Part shown: piece by piece, positions 19,575 to 30,409 of the stretch
Layout: every line of letters begins with the position of its first letter
How positions within the stretch are numbered: the stretch's first letter is position 1
Source of the DNA: Deltaproteobacteria bacterium
GTDB taxonomy: Bacteria > JAGRBM01 > JAHCIT01
Reading direction: 5' to 3'
NCBI GenBank assembly: GCA_026129095.1
Contig: JAHCIT010000007.1
Coordinates: 1 to 64,000, forward strand
Length of the DNA: 64,000 nucleotides
Notes under the pieces: generated by a model
Told to the model about the DNA's origin: nothing
The model's database searches: none
What the model saw: only the letters and a program-made list of their open reading frames with translations
Made by a program: the position numbers and the translations under genes

Positions 19575-21241
19575 TGGAGTACGGCGGACTTATCGTTCAT
19601 CTTGTCACTGCCCTCGGCGCAGCGCTTCTTGGTGCGGCACTGGCATTGCGCCTTCGCCAGCCGCTCATCCTCGGCTACATTGTAGCAGGGATCGCAATCG
19701 GCCCTTTCACTCCGGGCTTTATTATGAAGACCGAAGCGATCGCCGAACTTGCCGAGATTGGCATTGTCTTCCTGATGTTCGTCATTGGCGTGCAGCTCTC
19801 CCTGCGTGAGCTAGTCCAGGCCAGCAGGATTGCCGTCATTGGCGGTCTTGCTCAGGTCATCACCATGATCGGACTTGGGTATCTGGTGGGGCTGGCTCTG
19901 GGCTGGAGCGATATCCAGGCGTATGCCTTTGGTGCAGTCATATCGAATTCTTCCAGTACCGTGCTCGGAAAGATTCTTTCCGATAGGGGTGAAATCGAAA
20001 GTCGCCATGCCCGTCTCGGGCTGGCATGGTCGTCCGTACAGGACATCTCCAGCGTTCTCCTCGTGGCGGTCCTTGCCTTCGCGTCTCCCAGTGCCCAGAA
20101 AATGGGGTTTCTGCTTGGCAAGACAGCCGTTTTCTTTTTTGTCGTTGTGCCACTGTCCTTCTGGGTACTGCCATGGATATTGCGCCGTGCGTCTGCATCC
20201 CGTAGCCGCGAATTCTTTGCACTCGCCGTCATTACGCTGGCACTCGCGATGGCGGGTGGAGCCGCACTTCTCGGAGTCTCACTCGCCCTCGGAGCATTTC
20301 TTACGGGTGTGGTTGTCGGTGAATCAGATCTCGCCCATCGTATCCTGGGTGACGCGACACCAATTCGGGATGTTTTTTCCGGAATCTTTTTCGTTTCGAT
20401 CGGGATGCTGCTTGATCCCCATTTCCTGATCGATTCGCTGGCTCTTGTTCTTCTTACCGTCATAATGATCGTCGTCGTCAAGGGTGGTGTAACCGTTCTG
20501 ATTGCACGGTGGATGGGATGTTCCCTGCGGCTGTCGGTACTAGTCGGTGCCAGTCTCGCGCAGTCGGCAGAATTTTCTTTTCTGCTTGCGCGCATCGGGC
20601 TGGAAGAAGGCGCACTTACCACACCCATCTTCAACCTACTCCTGAGTGCAACCGTGATCACCATCCTGCTGTCACCGCTCGTCAATAGTGCGGCGCCAGC
20701 ACTGTTGAGACACATCCTGGCCAGACGGCCGGCGAGCGCGGACGATCAGCCTGTTCCACCCTTGGCTCCTTATGTAAATCACGCGATCGTTTGCGGGTAC
20801 GGCCGTGTTGGCAGCATTGTCTGCTCGCTTCTCGAGAGGCACAAGAAGCCATTCGTGGTCATCGAAGAGGACTTGAGGATTGTCGAGTCCTTACGAGCAC
20901 GGGGTACCAATGTGTTGTTAGGGGATGCTGGACTACCTGCGGTGCTTGATCACGCATATCTCCGTTCGGCCAGACTCCTTGTTCTCTGTATGCCGGAGAG
21001 AATGGCTGCCCGCCGGGCCCTTGAGCACGCACGCGTGACGAGTGAGGCCATCGTCGTGCTTGCGCGATCCCATAGCTACGAGGACCGCCGTTATCTTCAG
21101 GAAAAGGGGGCCAAGGAAGCCGTTATCGGAGAGCTTGAGCTGGCGTTTGAGCTTGGCCGTGCAGCTCTTGAACATTTCGAAATAGCTGGCGAAGCAATCG
21201 AAAACAGCATTGACGATGCCCGCCGCAGCGTGGACTCGTAA
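19574..21241 (+). CDS. CPA2 cation:proton antiporter with TrkA-N domain (YbaL/Kef-like)
   Basis: GYIVAGIAIGPFTPG, LAEIGIVFLMF, FFVSIGML, IVCGYGRVG; ATG overlaps the USP stop. Confidence 0.92.
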   Translation: MEYGGLIVHLVTALGAALLGAALALRLRQPLILGYIVAGIAIGPFTPGFIMKTEAIAELAEIGIVFLMFVIGVQLSLRELVQASRIAVIGGLAQVITMIGLGYLVGLALGWSDIQAYAFGAVISNSSSTVLGKILSDRGEIESRHARLGLAWSSVQDISSVLLVAVLAFASPSAQKMGFLLGKTAVFFFVVVPLSFWVLPWILRRASASRSREFFALAVITLALAMAGGAALLGVSLALGAFLTGVVVGESDLAHRILGDATPIRDVFSGIFFVSIGMLLDPHFLIDSLALVLLTVIMIVVVKGGVTVLIARWMGCSLRLSVLVGASLAQSAEFSFLLARIGLEEGALTTPIFNLLLSATVITILLSPLVNSAAPALLRHILARRPASADDQPVPPLAPYVNHAIVCGYGRVGSIVCSLLERHKKPFVVIEEDLRIVESLRARGTNVLLGDAGLPAVLDHAYLRSARLLVLCMPERMAARRALEHARVTSEAIVVLARSHSYEDRRYLQEKGAKEAVIGELELAFELGRAALEHFEIAGEAIENSIDDARRSVDS

Positions 21242-21309
21242 ACAATTAGGCGTCTGGACAATTGAAGGGTTCTTTTCTGGACCTGGAAGAAGACGCCGGA
21301 CGCAGCGAC

Positions 21310-21975
21310 CTAGCCCTTCAGCATCTTGTAGAGGAAATAGAGTGCGACCATCGCCGCGCCGCCGCCCCAGACGATCCGGTTGAAGTGGCGGTCCATGATC
21401 GTCTGGACCTTTTCGCCGAACCAGTAGGTGATCCCGCCCAAGATGAAATACCGCGCCCCGCGGGAGGCCAGTGAGGCGAGGAAAAACACCGGCAGGTTCA
21501 TCTGGACCACGCCGGAAGCGATCGTGAATACCTTGTACGGGATCGGCGTGAACCCGGCGAGCAACACGATCACCGCCCCGTTTTCGTTGTACATTCCGCT
21601 CACCCGCTCGAACAGCTCCGGCGTGAACCCCGGTATACGGAAGAAGTAGCCGCTCAGGGCGTCCCAGAACCAGTAACCAAGGAAGTAGCCAAACACGCCG
21701 CCGAGCGCGCTCATCACCGTGCTCACCCCCGCATAGTAGAAAGACCGCTTCGGCTGCGCCGTGCCCATCGCCAGAATGAGCAGATCCGGCGGCACGAGGA
21801 AAAAACTCGACTCGGTGAACGCGGTCGCAGCCAGAACCGGCACCGCGTATTTCGTTCGCGACTGGGCGAGCGTCCAGTCGTACATCCGGCGGACAATGTT
21901 GGGCCGCTCGCCACCCCGCGTGGCGACATGCGCGGGACTGGAGCCGGACTCTGCCGGGATTTCGGGTAGCGTCAT
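21310..21975 (-). CDS. DedA/YqaA family membrane protein
   Basis: AFTESSFFLVPPD, AGFTPIPYKVFTIASG. Confidence 0.9.
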   Translation of the reverse strand: MTLPEIPAESGSSPAHVATRGGERPNIVRRMYDWTLAQSRTKYAVPVLAATAFTESSFFLVPPDLLILAMGTAQPKRSFYYAGVSTVMSALGGVFGYFLGYWFWDALSGYFFRIPGFTPELFERVSGMYNENGAVIVLLAGFTPIPYKVFTIASGVVQMNLPVFFLASLASRGARYFILGGITYWFGEKVQTIMDRHFNRIVWGGGAAMVALYFLYKMLKG

Positions 21976-22060
21976 GGGACCGGTGGTATAGCCGGTGGGC
22001 AGGTAACGGGGGAAGAGGCGCTTCCCCCTTCGCTTCCTCACCGGCTAGGATCGGCGCGCC

Positions 22061-23005
22061 ATGAACGCACCGCGCGATCCCGATGCCATTTCAACCACCA
22101 GCGGCGAGGCCCACTATCTTTTCGAAGACCTGACCGAGCACGGCGCGGTCAAGCTGGACTCGCTGCTCCGTATCTGTGCGCCCGTGCACTGGCCGCTGTT
22201 CCAGAAGTCCCTGTTCAGCGCCGACTACCGTGCCCGGACCGGCATGGCGGGGATTATCTATTTCATGGAGCTGGAGGCGAGCGACCGGCGGGCCGCCATG
22301 CCGCGCTCGGCGCCGGCCACGGTGGATGTCACGATGACTCTCGGCCGCTCGGCGGGCGACGACCCGCGCATCATCAGCCGGGGCGAGATGGTGCTCACCT
22401 GCGCGGGCGCCACCGGACGGTTCGATCCGCGCCCAGATATCCGGAATCCCGTCACCGCCGGCCGCATGCGGCTCGACCATGTGCTGACGCGCATTACCGC
22501 CCCTCCCGACCAGCGGCGGGTAAGGGAACTGCCTCCAGACCTTGGATTCACCAGGAATCTTCCCGATCGCATCCTGCCGTTCCATACGGCCGAGGAGATT
22601 CTCCGCCCACCGGAGCCGTTCTCGTTGAAAGGCAGCGAATACCGGGATCTCCGGGCGAAGTTCTGGGCCTACAACCGCACCGATCCGAACGAGCATGTGC
22701 ATGCGATGGATTACATCCGTGCCGCCGAAGACCTCGCCACAGACGCGCTGGCCCTGGAAGGCGAGCCGCCGGAAAAATGGTTCTTCAGCCGGGCCTCAGT
22801 TCTCTACAAGCGGCCCATGTTTACCGGGAATGCCCATATCCGCGTGGCGCAGGTCTGGCGGACACCGGCAAAAGAACCGGGCGTCTCGGCCGTGACGCTC
22901 GCGTTTTTCCCGCTGAAAGCCGCCCGCGATCTCGCGTCCCACGATCCCGGCAAGCCGTCCGTCTGTGTCCGGCTCGTCACCATGCCGAAGCAACCGGCGG
23001 CCTGA
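22061..23005 (+). CDS. Hypothetical double-hotdog, acyl-ACP thioesterase-like protein
   Basis: TDPNEHVHAMDY resembles the DxNxHVxNxxY motif. Confidence 0.55.
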   Translation: MNAPRDPDAISTTSGEAHYLFEDLTEHGAVKLDSLLRICAPVHWPLFQKSLFSADYRARTGMAGIIYFMELEASDRRAAMPRSAPATVDVTMTLGRSAGDDPRIISRGEMVLTCAGATGRFDPRPDIRNPVTAGRMRLDHVLTRITAPPDQRRVRELPPDLGFTRNLPDRILPFHTAEEILRPPEPFSLKGSEYRDLRAKFWAYNRTDPNEHVHAMDYIRAAEDLATDALALEGEPPEKWFFSRASVLYKRPMFTGNAHIRVAQVWRTPAKEPGVSAVTLAFFPLKAARDLASHDPGKPSVCVRLVTMPKQPAA

Positions 23006-23008
23006 CCG

Positions 23009-23377
23009 CTATTTCATCGCCAGGACGTGTTTGAAAGCGACGACAAAGCCATCGAGCGTGGATGGCTTCTGGAGGAACACCGCACAGGGGATCCGCGAGA
23101 TATCCCGCTTGAGATCAAGTGCGCTGTAGAACAGCACTGGCGTCCGCTTGCCCCAGTCGCTCTTGCGGATTTCCTCAAGATAACGCCATCCGTCCAGCTT
23201 GGGCATCATGTGATCGAGCACAACTGCATCGGGGCGCCACTCGGCCGCCTTTGTCCGCGCATCTACTCCGTCGATGGCCGTATGCACTTCGGCGTCCGGA
23301 ACGGCACGCTTGACCGCCATCTCCGCGAACCGCCGGGCCGAACTGTCATCATCCACCACCAGTACTTTCAGAGCCAT
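23009..23377 (-). CDS. Single-domain response regulator
   Basis: VLVVDDD, LDHMMPKLDG, LQKP. Confidence 0.92.
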   Translation of the reverse strand: MALKVLVVDDDSSARRFAEMAVKRAVPDAEVHTAIDGVDARTKAAEWRPDAVVLDHMMPKLDGWRYLEEIRKSDWGKRTPVLFYSALDLKRDISRIPCAVFLQKPSTLDGFVVAFKHVLAMK

Positions 23378-23470
23378 GCCGGAAGTCTAGTCATCATCCG
23401 TGTCACGAACAGGGGAACCGCCCGGAAAAAACCGTGTGCCGGTTTGAAACGGCCTGCCTCCAGCCCCGCG

Positions 23471-24532
23471 TCAGGATGCCGCCACAGGTTCCCTGTGTAC
23501 AAAAAGGGTCTGGGTCGGGAAGGCGAAGTCGATCCCCATCTCGCCGAACTTGCGGTAGAGCGCGAGATTGATCTGCTCCTGGATGTCGAGATAGATCTTC
23601 ATGTCCCGGTCGAGCACGTAGTAGACGGCCTCGAAGTCGAGCGAGAAGTTTCCGAACGCCTTGAAGTGGGCCCGGTCGAACCGCGTCCGGGGGATCGACT
23701 CGACGATCTGCTGGATCACCTTCGGGATCTCCGCGAGCTTGTCTGCCGGGGTCGAGTAGACCACGCGGACGCCAAACACGGCGCGCCGCTCCTGCATCCG
23801 CCGGTAGTTGTTGATACGGCTCCCCACAAGATCGGCGTTCGACATCACCACTTCCTGGCCCTGCAGGCTTTTGATGCGGGTCGTCTTGATACCGACCTGC
23901 ATGACCTCACCAGCAACATCGCCCACGACGATGAAATCGCCCACCTCGAACGGCTTGTCGAGCAGGATCGTGATCGAGCAGAAGATGTCACCCAGGATGT
24001 TCTGAAGGGCGAGTGCGACGGCGACACCGCCCACACCAAGACCCGCCACCAGCGCCGTGATATTGATGCCGAGGTTGTCGAGCGTCAGCAACAGGACGAT
24101 CGACCACAGAACGATCCGGCCGATAACGCCAAGCACGCGGAATCCCGTGGCGCTCGTCCCGCCTGCCAGCGGCCGCCGGGACTTGGCGACCACCCAGTGC
24201 CGGATCACCATGCTGCCCCACAATCCGACCTGCAGGAACATGAGCAGCGTGGCCGCCGTCGTGACGATCTGCCCCACACGGTCCGGAACTGCTGTCGTCC
24301 GGATTGCCACGAAGGCGGAAAAGACCAGCAGGAACCAGTGCCGGGTGTCCAGCACGAGGTCGGCGACAAGATCGTCCCACTCGGTGTCGGTGTTCTGGGC
24401 CAGCCCCTTCAGGCGGCTGCCCACCATCTTGCGGGCGAACTCCAGAACGCTGAACAGAACCACCCATACCGGGACGGTCACCGCGAGGTAGTCGTGCTGG
24501 GTGCCGGGAAGCAGGTCTTTCAGGAAATCCAT
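23471..24532 (-). CDS. MscS family mechanosensitive channel
   Basis: ALVAGLGVGGVAVALALQ, DKPFEVGDFI. Confidence 0.93.
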   Translation of the reverse strand: MDFLKDLLPGTQHDYLAVTVPVWVVLFSVLEFARKMVGSRLKGLAQNTDTEWDDLVADLVLDTRHWFLLVFSAFVAIRTTAVPDRVGQIVTTAATLLMFLQVGLWGSMVIRHWVVAKSRRPLAGGTSATGFRVLGVIGRIVLWSIVLLLTLDNLGINITALVAGLGVGGVAVALALQNILGDIFCSITILLDKPFEVGDFIVVGDVAGEVMQVGIKTTRIKSLQGQEVVMSNADLVGSRINNYRRMQERRAVFGVRVVYSTPADKLAEIPKVIQQIVESIPRTRFDRAHFKAFGNFSLDFEAVYYVLDRDMKIYLDIQEQINLALYRKFGEMGIDFAFPTQTLFVHREPVAAS

Positions 24533-24681
24533 CGGTTATCCTCCAAGAATGCCGGGTGAATTGACCCTTACCCAAACAAGAGGCAACGGGCCCTGTCATG
24601 GACGTCCATTCTTATAGACAATACCTGTGAAGATGTCCGCAGTTTAAGGCCAGGCTCTCCCGGTATTAAGGAAACATCACG

Positions 24682-25620
<939 letters not shown>

Positions 25621-25622
25621 AC

Positions 25623-26216
25623 GTGTCCGCCCCTTCTCCCGCGTTCCAGAACCGGCTCCGCTGGTTTATTCATGCTGGCTCGCTTGCCCCACTCATATGG
25701 ACCGCCGCCGGCGCATTTGCCGGTTCGCTCGGCGCGAACCCCATTGAAACCATCACCCACCGGACCGGACAGTGCGCGCTCATTTGGCTCCTCCTGTCGC
25801 TGGCCGTGACACCAGCACGCCGGTTCCTCGACTTGCCGTGGCTGATGCGACTCAGGAAGTCTATCGGGCTGTGGGCCTTCGCATACGCTGCCCTGCACTT
25901 TTCCACCTACGTGGTGCTTGATCACTTCTTCGACATGGACCGGATAGTGAAGGATATCGTGAAGCGTCCATTTGTTACCGCAGGCACGGCAGCTCTTGTG
26001 CTGTTGGTACCGCTCGCCGTCACCTCAACCGCCAAGTGGATGCAACGCCTGGGGAAACAGTGGTCCCGGCTGCACCGGCTCACCTACCCGGCCGCGCTGC
26101 TCGGGGTCGTGCACTACTGGTGGCTGGTGAAGGCGGATATCCGCGGGCCGCTTGTCTATGCAGCGGCTCTGGCCCTGCTGCTCGGCCTCCGCATGCTGCC
26201 GCACAAGAACGCCTGA
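25623..26216 (+). CDS. msrQ: Sulfoxide reductase heme-binding membrane subunit
   Basis: GANPIE, LSLAVTP, YAALHF, WSRLHRLTY; follows msrP. Confidence 0.93.
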   Translation: MSAPSPAFQNRLRWFIHAGSLAPLIWTAAGAFAGSLGANPIETITHRTGQCALIWLLLSLAVTPARRFLDLPWLMRLRKSIGLWAFAYAALHFSTYVVLDHFFDMDRIVKDIVKRPFVTAGTAALVLLVPLAVTSTAKWMQRLGKQWSRLHRLTYPAALLGVVHYWWLVKADIRGPLVYAAALALLLGLRMLPHKNA

Positions 26217-26219
26217 CGG

Positions 26220-27419
26220 CTATTGCTGGCCTTCCCGCTTGAGGGCACTTTCCAGCACAGCGCCCCCCATCTGCGGCATCCGGAGGTCGGCCAGCAGGTT
26301 CGTCCCGACGCCGCCATTCAGGATCAGCGCGGCGGCGAGTTTCCGTTTCGGATGGGCAAACGCGCCCGATCCGCCAAATCCATAATGCCCGAACGCCCCG
26401 CGAGGAATCCCCTTGGTCGTTCCGGCCATGTGGTATCCAAGCCGCCACTGCATGTCGAGCGGCACCACCTTGTCGGTCCCGCGAACCTGAATCTGCGAAA
26501 TCTTGCTGATGGTGTCCTCCGAGAGCAGGCGCACACCATCGAACTCCCCGCCGTTGGCGAGCGTGGCGTACAGTTTTGCCAGCGACCGGGCGGTGAACAC
26601 GCCGTTCGCGCCGGGGATCGACGCCTTTACCGCCTCGGGCGAAGAGAAGTCGAACTTGCCGACGCCCCTTGGAGCCAGCGCCTGCGCCATCCGGACGACC
26701 TGTGGTATCCGGCCCAGTATCTGGCGCCGCAGATCGGGGCCTTTTTTCTTTCCGCGCTTCCCCTTGGGCTTCGGCGTGGCGGATTTCATGGCCGACACGA
26801 GCCGGGACACTCGCAGCAACTCTTCTTCCGGCACGCCGATATAGAGTCCATCGAGCTTGAGCGGATCGGCGATCTCGGATTTCAGGAACTCCGGCATCGT
26901 CTTGCCCGAAACGCGCCTGACCAGTTCCCCTACCAGCCATCCATAGGTGAGCGCATGGTAGGCGCTGCCCCGCCCCGGCTTCATCTGGGTTTCGGCGGCA
27001 GCGAGTTTCTCGACCATATGCTCCCAGTCGAGCATGTTTTCGGCCCGGTCGATAAGCCGCCGGATGCCGAACAGGCCGGCCTGGTGTGTAAGCACATGAC
27101 GGACCGTAATGTCCTGCTTCCCTTTCTGCGAGAACTCCGGCCAGTACCTTGAAACCGGCGTGTCGTAGTCGATCAGCCCCCGGTCCGCACAGATGTGCAG
27201 CGCGGTCGAGGCGACTCCCTTGGTCGTCGAGAACGAGACCGCCATCGTATCGGCGTGCCAGGGAGTCCCCTTGTCGTCCATGACGCCACCCCAGATGTCC
27301 ACGACCTTTTCCTTGCCGTGATAGACACAGACAGCCGCGCCGCCCGGAAAATCCTTCAGCATCTTCTCAAGCGTCTGTCCGACGCGCCAGAAGTCCGGAT
27401 GCAGGTGTCCGTGAATCAT
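26220..27419 (-). CDS. Serine hydrolase (class C beta-lactamase-like family VIII esterase), copy 2
   Basis: SxxK FSTTKG, AYHALTYGW, FGHYGFGGS. Confidence 0.9.
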   Translation of the reverse strand: MIHGHLHPDFWRVGQTLEKMLKDFPGGAAVCVYHGKEKVVDIWGGVMDDKGTPWHADTMAVSFSTTKGVASTALHICADRGLIDYDTPVSRYWPEFSQKGKQDITVRHVLTHQAGLFGIRRLIDRAENMLDWEHMVEKLAAAETQMKPGRGSAYHALTYGWLVGELVRRVSGKTMPEFLKSEIADPLKLDGLYIGVPEEELLRVSRLVSAMKSATPKPKGKRGKKKGPDLRRQILGRIPQVVRMAQALAPRGVGKFDFSSPEAVKASIPGANGVFTARSLAKLYATLANGGEFDGVRLLSEDTISKISQIQVRGTDKVVPLDMQWRLGYHMAGTTKGIPRGAFGHYGFGGSGAFAHPKRKLAAALILNGGVGTNLLADLRMPQMGGAVLESALKREGQQ

Positions 27420-27452
27420 GATTGTCTCCTCATTCCCATTGCCCGGTGGATT

Positions 27453-28703
27453 TCAGGCGGACTGCCTCAAGGCGCCCAGCCGGTCCTGATTCTCGCGCAC
27501 GGACTGGCCGCGTGCCTTCACGCTCTCTACTGCCGCGCCGCCAATCCGGCCGATCCGCAGGTCGCCCAGCAGGTTCGACCCCACGCCGCCGTTTACGACC
27601 ATGCCGACCGACAGCCGGCGCCGCGGGCACATGAATCCGCCCGACCCCCCGAAACCAAAGTGGCCAAAACCGTCGCTCAGGGTGCCCTTCGTCGTGAAAG
27701 CCGCGTGGTATCCGAGCCGCCACTGCATGTCGAGCGGGATCACCCGGTCCCTGCCGCGAAGCTGGATACGGCTGATCTTGCCGATTGTCTGGTCCGACAG
27801 GATCCGGCCGCCTTCCAGATGTCCCCCATTGGCCATCGCCGCATAAAGACGGGCCAGCGACCGGGCGGTGAACACGCCGTTCGCCGCCGGGATCTGGGCG
27901 CGGACGATCTCGGGTGCGGAAAAGTCGTAGTGGGCAACCCCCCGGGCAGCCAGCGCATGAAGTATCCGCCTGAACACCGGCACGCTTTCGATCAGCCGGT
28001 GCTGGATCGGTGGGCCGCCATCGCGCTTCACGCCGGGCCGGGTGTCGGGCACCACCTTCTTCATGGTGCCCATCGTATCCACCAGCCGGGCAACCCGCGG
28101 CAGTTCTTTCTCGGGGACTCCGATATAAAGGCCGTCGAGCTTCAGGGGTCCGGCCACCTCTGACTGGAGAAATTCGCCGATCGTCTTCCCCGATACCCGG
28201 CGCACCAGTTCGCCGATGATCCACCCGTAAGTGAGTGCGTGATAGGCGCTCCCCGCACCCGGCTTGATCTGGGTACCGGCGGTCGCCAGCTTATCGACCA
28301 TGTGGTCCCAATCGAGCATGTGGTCCGCATGCTCAATCAAACGACGGATGCCGAACAGCCCTGCCTGATGGGTCAGCGCGTGGCGGACGGTGATTTCATG
28401 CTTTCCGTTCTGGGCGAACTCGGGCCAGTATTTCGCTATGGGAGCATCGTAGTCGATGAGCCCCCGGTCGGCGCAGACGTGGAGCGCCGTCGAGGCAATC
28501 CCCTTCGTCGTGGAGAACGACACGGACATCGTGTCCTCCCGCCAGGGCGTTCCCTGCACGTCCATCGTTCCGCCCCAGATGTCGGCAACTTTCTCGCCTT
28601 CATGGTAAACACAGACGGCCGCACCGCCCGGAAACTGCTTCAGAATCTTGCCAAGGGTTTCACCCACCCGCCAGAAGTCCGGGTGCAACTGTCCCTGAAT
28701 CAT
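27453..28703 (-). CDS. Serine hydrolase (class C beta-lactamase-like family VIII esterase), copy 1
   Basis: FSTTKG, AYHALTYGW, FGHFGFGGS; start placed by alignment with the paralog. Confidence 0.9.
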   Translation of the reverse strand: MIQGQLHPDFWRVGETLGKILKQFPGGAAVCVYHEGEKVADIWGGTMDVQGTPWREDTMSVSFSTTKGIASTALHVCADRGLIDYDAPIAKYWPEFAQNGKHEITVRHALTHQAGLFGIRRLIEHADHMLDWDHMVDKLATAGTQIKPGAGSAYHALTYGWIIGELVRRVSGKTIGEFLQSEVAGPLKLDGLYIGVPEKELPRVARLVDTMGTMKKVVPDTRPGVKRDGGPPIQHRLIESVPVFRRILHALAARGVAHYDFSAPEIVRAQIPAANGVFTARSLARLYAAMANGGHLEGGRILSDQTIGKISRIQLRGRDRVIPLDMQWRLGYHAAFTTKGTLSDGFGHFGFGGSGGFMCPRRRLSVGMVVNGGVGSNLLGDLRIGRIGGAAVESVKARGQSVRENQDRLGALRQSA

Positions 28704-28884
28704 GTTCGCCAACTCCCCGCTCCATACATGCCAGCCGGTCACCGTAACATCACCGCTGCATCAGCCCGCCTGTCGTGCTATTGTTAACCTGTATTGACGC
28801 GTCTCGGCAATCCAGAATTTTACGCCGTTTTACCAAGCAAAACGATTACTGGCTGGAGTCTGAAAGGCAGGAGCTACCCATAAA

Positions 28885-29166
28885 ATGAGCAGTTCCGCAA
28901 AAGATTACTTCGTCTCACGGGTAAACACGCTGGCACTGGAACGGACCCGGGAAATCGAACGCAGGCACAACTCCTGCGTGAGCGCCGATGCCGGAGTGAA
29001 GGCTCTCGCCAGCCTGTTCCGCCCCGAGCGACTGCCCGCCTCAACCGGAGATCTGGACCGGCTGGCAAAGTCCCTCGTTGACTGGTCGCTTCCACTCGAC
29101 CGCGATGCTCCGCCCATACAGCGCCCCTACCGCGATGAAGATATCGAAGGCGACTGGAACCAGTGA
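28885..29166 (+). CDS. Small hypothetical protein
   Basis: AGGAG upstream; fills the intergenic gap; no family recognised. Confidence 0.6.
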   Translation: MSSSAKDYFVSRVNTLALERTREIERRHNSCVSADAGVKALASLFRPERLPASTGDLDRLAKSLVDWSLPLDRDAPPIQRPYRDEDIEGDWNQ

Positions 29167-29222
29167 ACTGTTTTTCATTTTGAAACGGCCTTTCCGGCAG
29201 TCACAATCCGAACACAACGACG

Positions 29223-30011
29223 ATGCAACAGGCTCATACGATCTCCCCATGGCGGCTTTTCCCTTTTGCGCTAACGGCGCTCCTCATCCTGTCCGCCTGT
29301 GGTTCCAAGCCGGCTTCCAAGGCTCATGCCGTGCCAACGATTTCTACGCAGAAGCCCACCGATCTGAAAGGCGAGGAAACGCTCTCCATCGACGTGGAAG
29401 CGCCGCCAGTGACGGCTCCCCACGGCGGGTTTCTGTTCCATGCGGGTGGAGCCATGCTGGAACTGGTCCTCGCACCGGATATCCAGCGGCTCTATCTTCT
29501 CGACAAGACGGGCCAGCCGGTAAAGCCGCCCGATGACTGCATCCGGTTCTCCCTGATGATGGAATCGGGCGACGTGGCGGATTTCCGGCGCAAGGAGGGC
29601 ACCTTCGAAACCAGGGAACTGGGGGCCGCAGCCTCCGACGGACTCAAGGGACGGCTGTTTTTTGCCCAGTGCCCCATCGAAGGCGTGAGTTCCGTTCCGG
29701 TCGAGATCAATCCGGATGTGCAACGGTTCGCCGCTCACGGCGGACGTATCTTTTACCTTTCAAACATCATCGTCGAGGTTGCTAGTGAGCCAGGCACGCT
29801 CAAGCTGTGGGTTTCCAGCCGTGAAACACCCCAGGGACCGGCCGTGCAGATCCGGAGCGTTTCCCTCACGGATGCAGGGGGCACCGACATCCCACTCAAA
29901 CCGGCGGGCAAGGCGGCATTCACCGCCGTTCGCCCCGAATCCGGTACCGATGGCGTAATCACCGTGGGCACTGCCAGGGAGTCCGTGTCCATCGAAGTCG
30001 GCTGGGAATAG
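29223..30011 (+). CDS. Hypothetical lipoprotein with two HGG repeats
   Basis: Lipobox LSAC; APHGGFLF and AAHGGRIF. Confidence 0.7.
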   Translation: MQQAHTISPWRLFPFALTALLILSACGSKPASKAHAVPTISTQKPTDLKGEETLSIDVEAPPVTAPHGGFLFHAGGAMLELVLAPDIQRLYLLDKTGQPVKPPDDCIRFSLMMESGDVADFRRKEGTFETRELGAAASDGLKGRLFFAQCPIEGVSSVPVEINPDVQRFAAHGGRIFYLSNIIVEVASEPGTLKLWVSSRETPQGPAVQIRSVSLTDAGGTDIPLKPAGKAAFTAVRPESGTDGVITVGTARESVSIEVGWE

Positions 30012-30012
30012 C

Positions 30013-30405
30013 GTGATGAGAAGCCGCACCCTCGCATTGTTATTCGGGCTCATTCTGGCCACTGCCTGTGATCGCGGCCAGGCAAAACCCCCTGAAACCT
30101 GCCCGGAACTGTCCCGGGCTCTCGCCAGTGAACTTGCCCGGCTCCAGTCCTGCACAGCGGACAGCGAGTGTGGCAAGCCGGTCCCGACCTTCGGGAGCTG
30201 CGGATGCACCTATGATCATGTGGTCCGGAAGGATGCCGACACCGCCACCTATGAGAAGCTCTATGGCGAAATGCAGGCAAAGGAGTGCGCCGAGTCCGGC
30301 CTCATGGGCATCTGCGACTGCAAGCCATCGAGCGGTTTTGGCTGCAGCGCCGGCAAGTGCGCCTGGAAGATGAGCGGCACTGCCGGGGGCCTGATCGCCA
30401 ACTAG
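30013..30405 (+). CDS. Cysteine-rich lipoprotein
   Basis: Signal peptide + ATAC lipobox; 10 further cysteines. Confidence 0.72.
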   Translation: MMRSRTLALLFGLILATACDRGQAKPPETCPELSRALASELARLQSCTADSECGKPVPTFGSCGCTYDHVVRKDADTATYEKLYGEMQAKECAESGLMGICDCKPSSGFGCSAGKCAWKMSGTAGGLIAN

Positions 30406-30409
30406 CAGC

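Noticed and set aside
23027-24559. Long antisense/shadow ORFs (also 11484-12809, 15108-16454, 39309-40490, 57780-59249)
   Set aside because: They overlap genes with clear family motifs, have no motifs of their own, and are expected in GC-rich DNA
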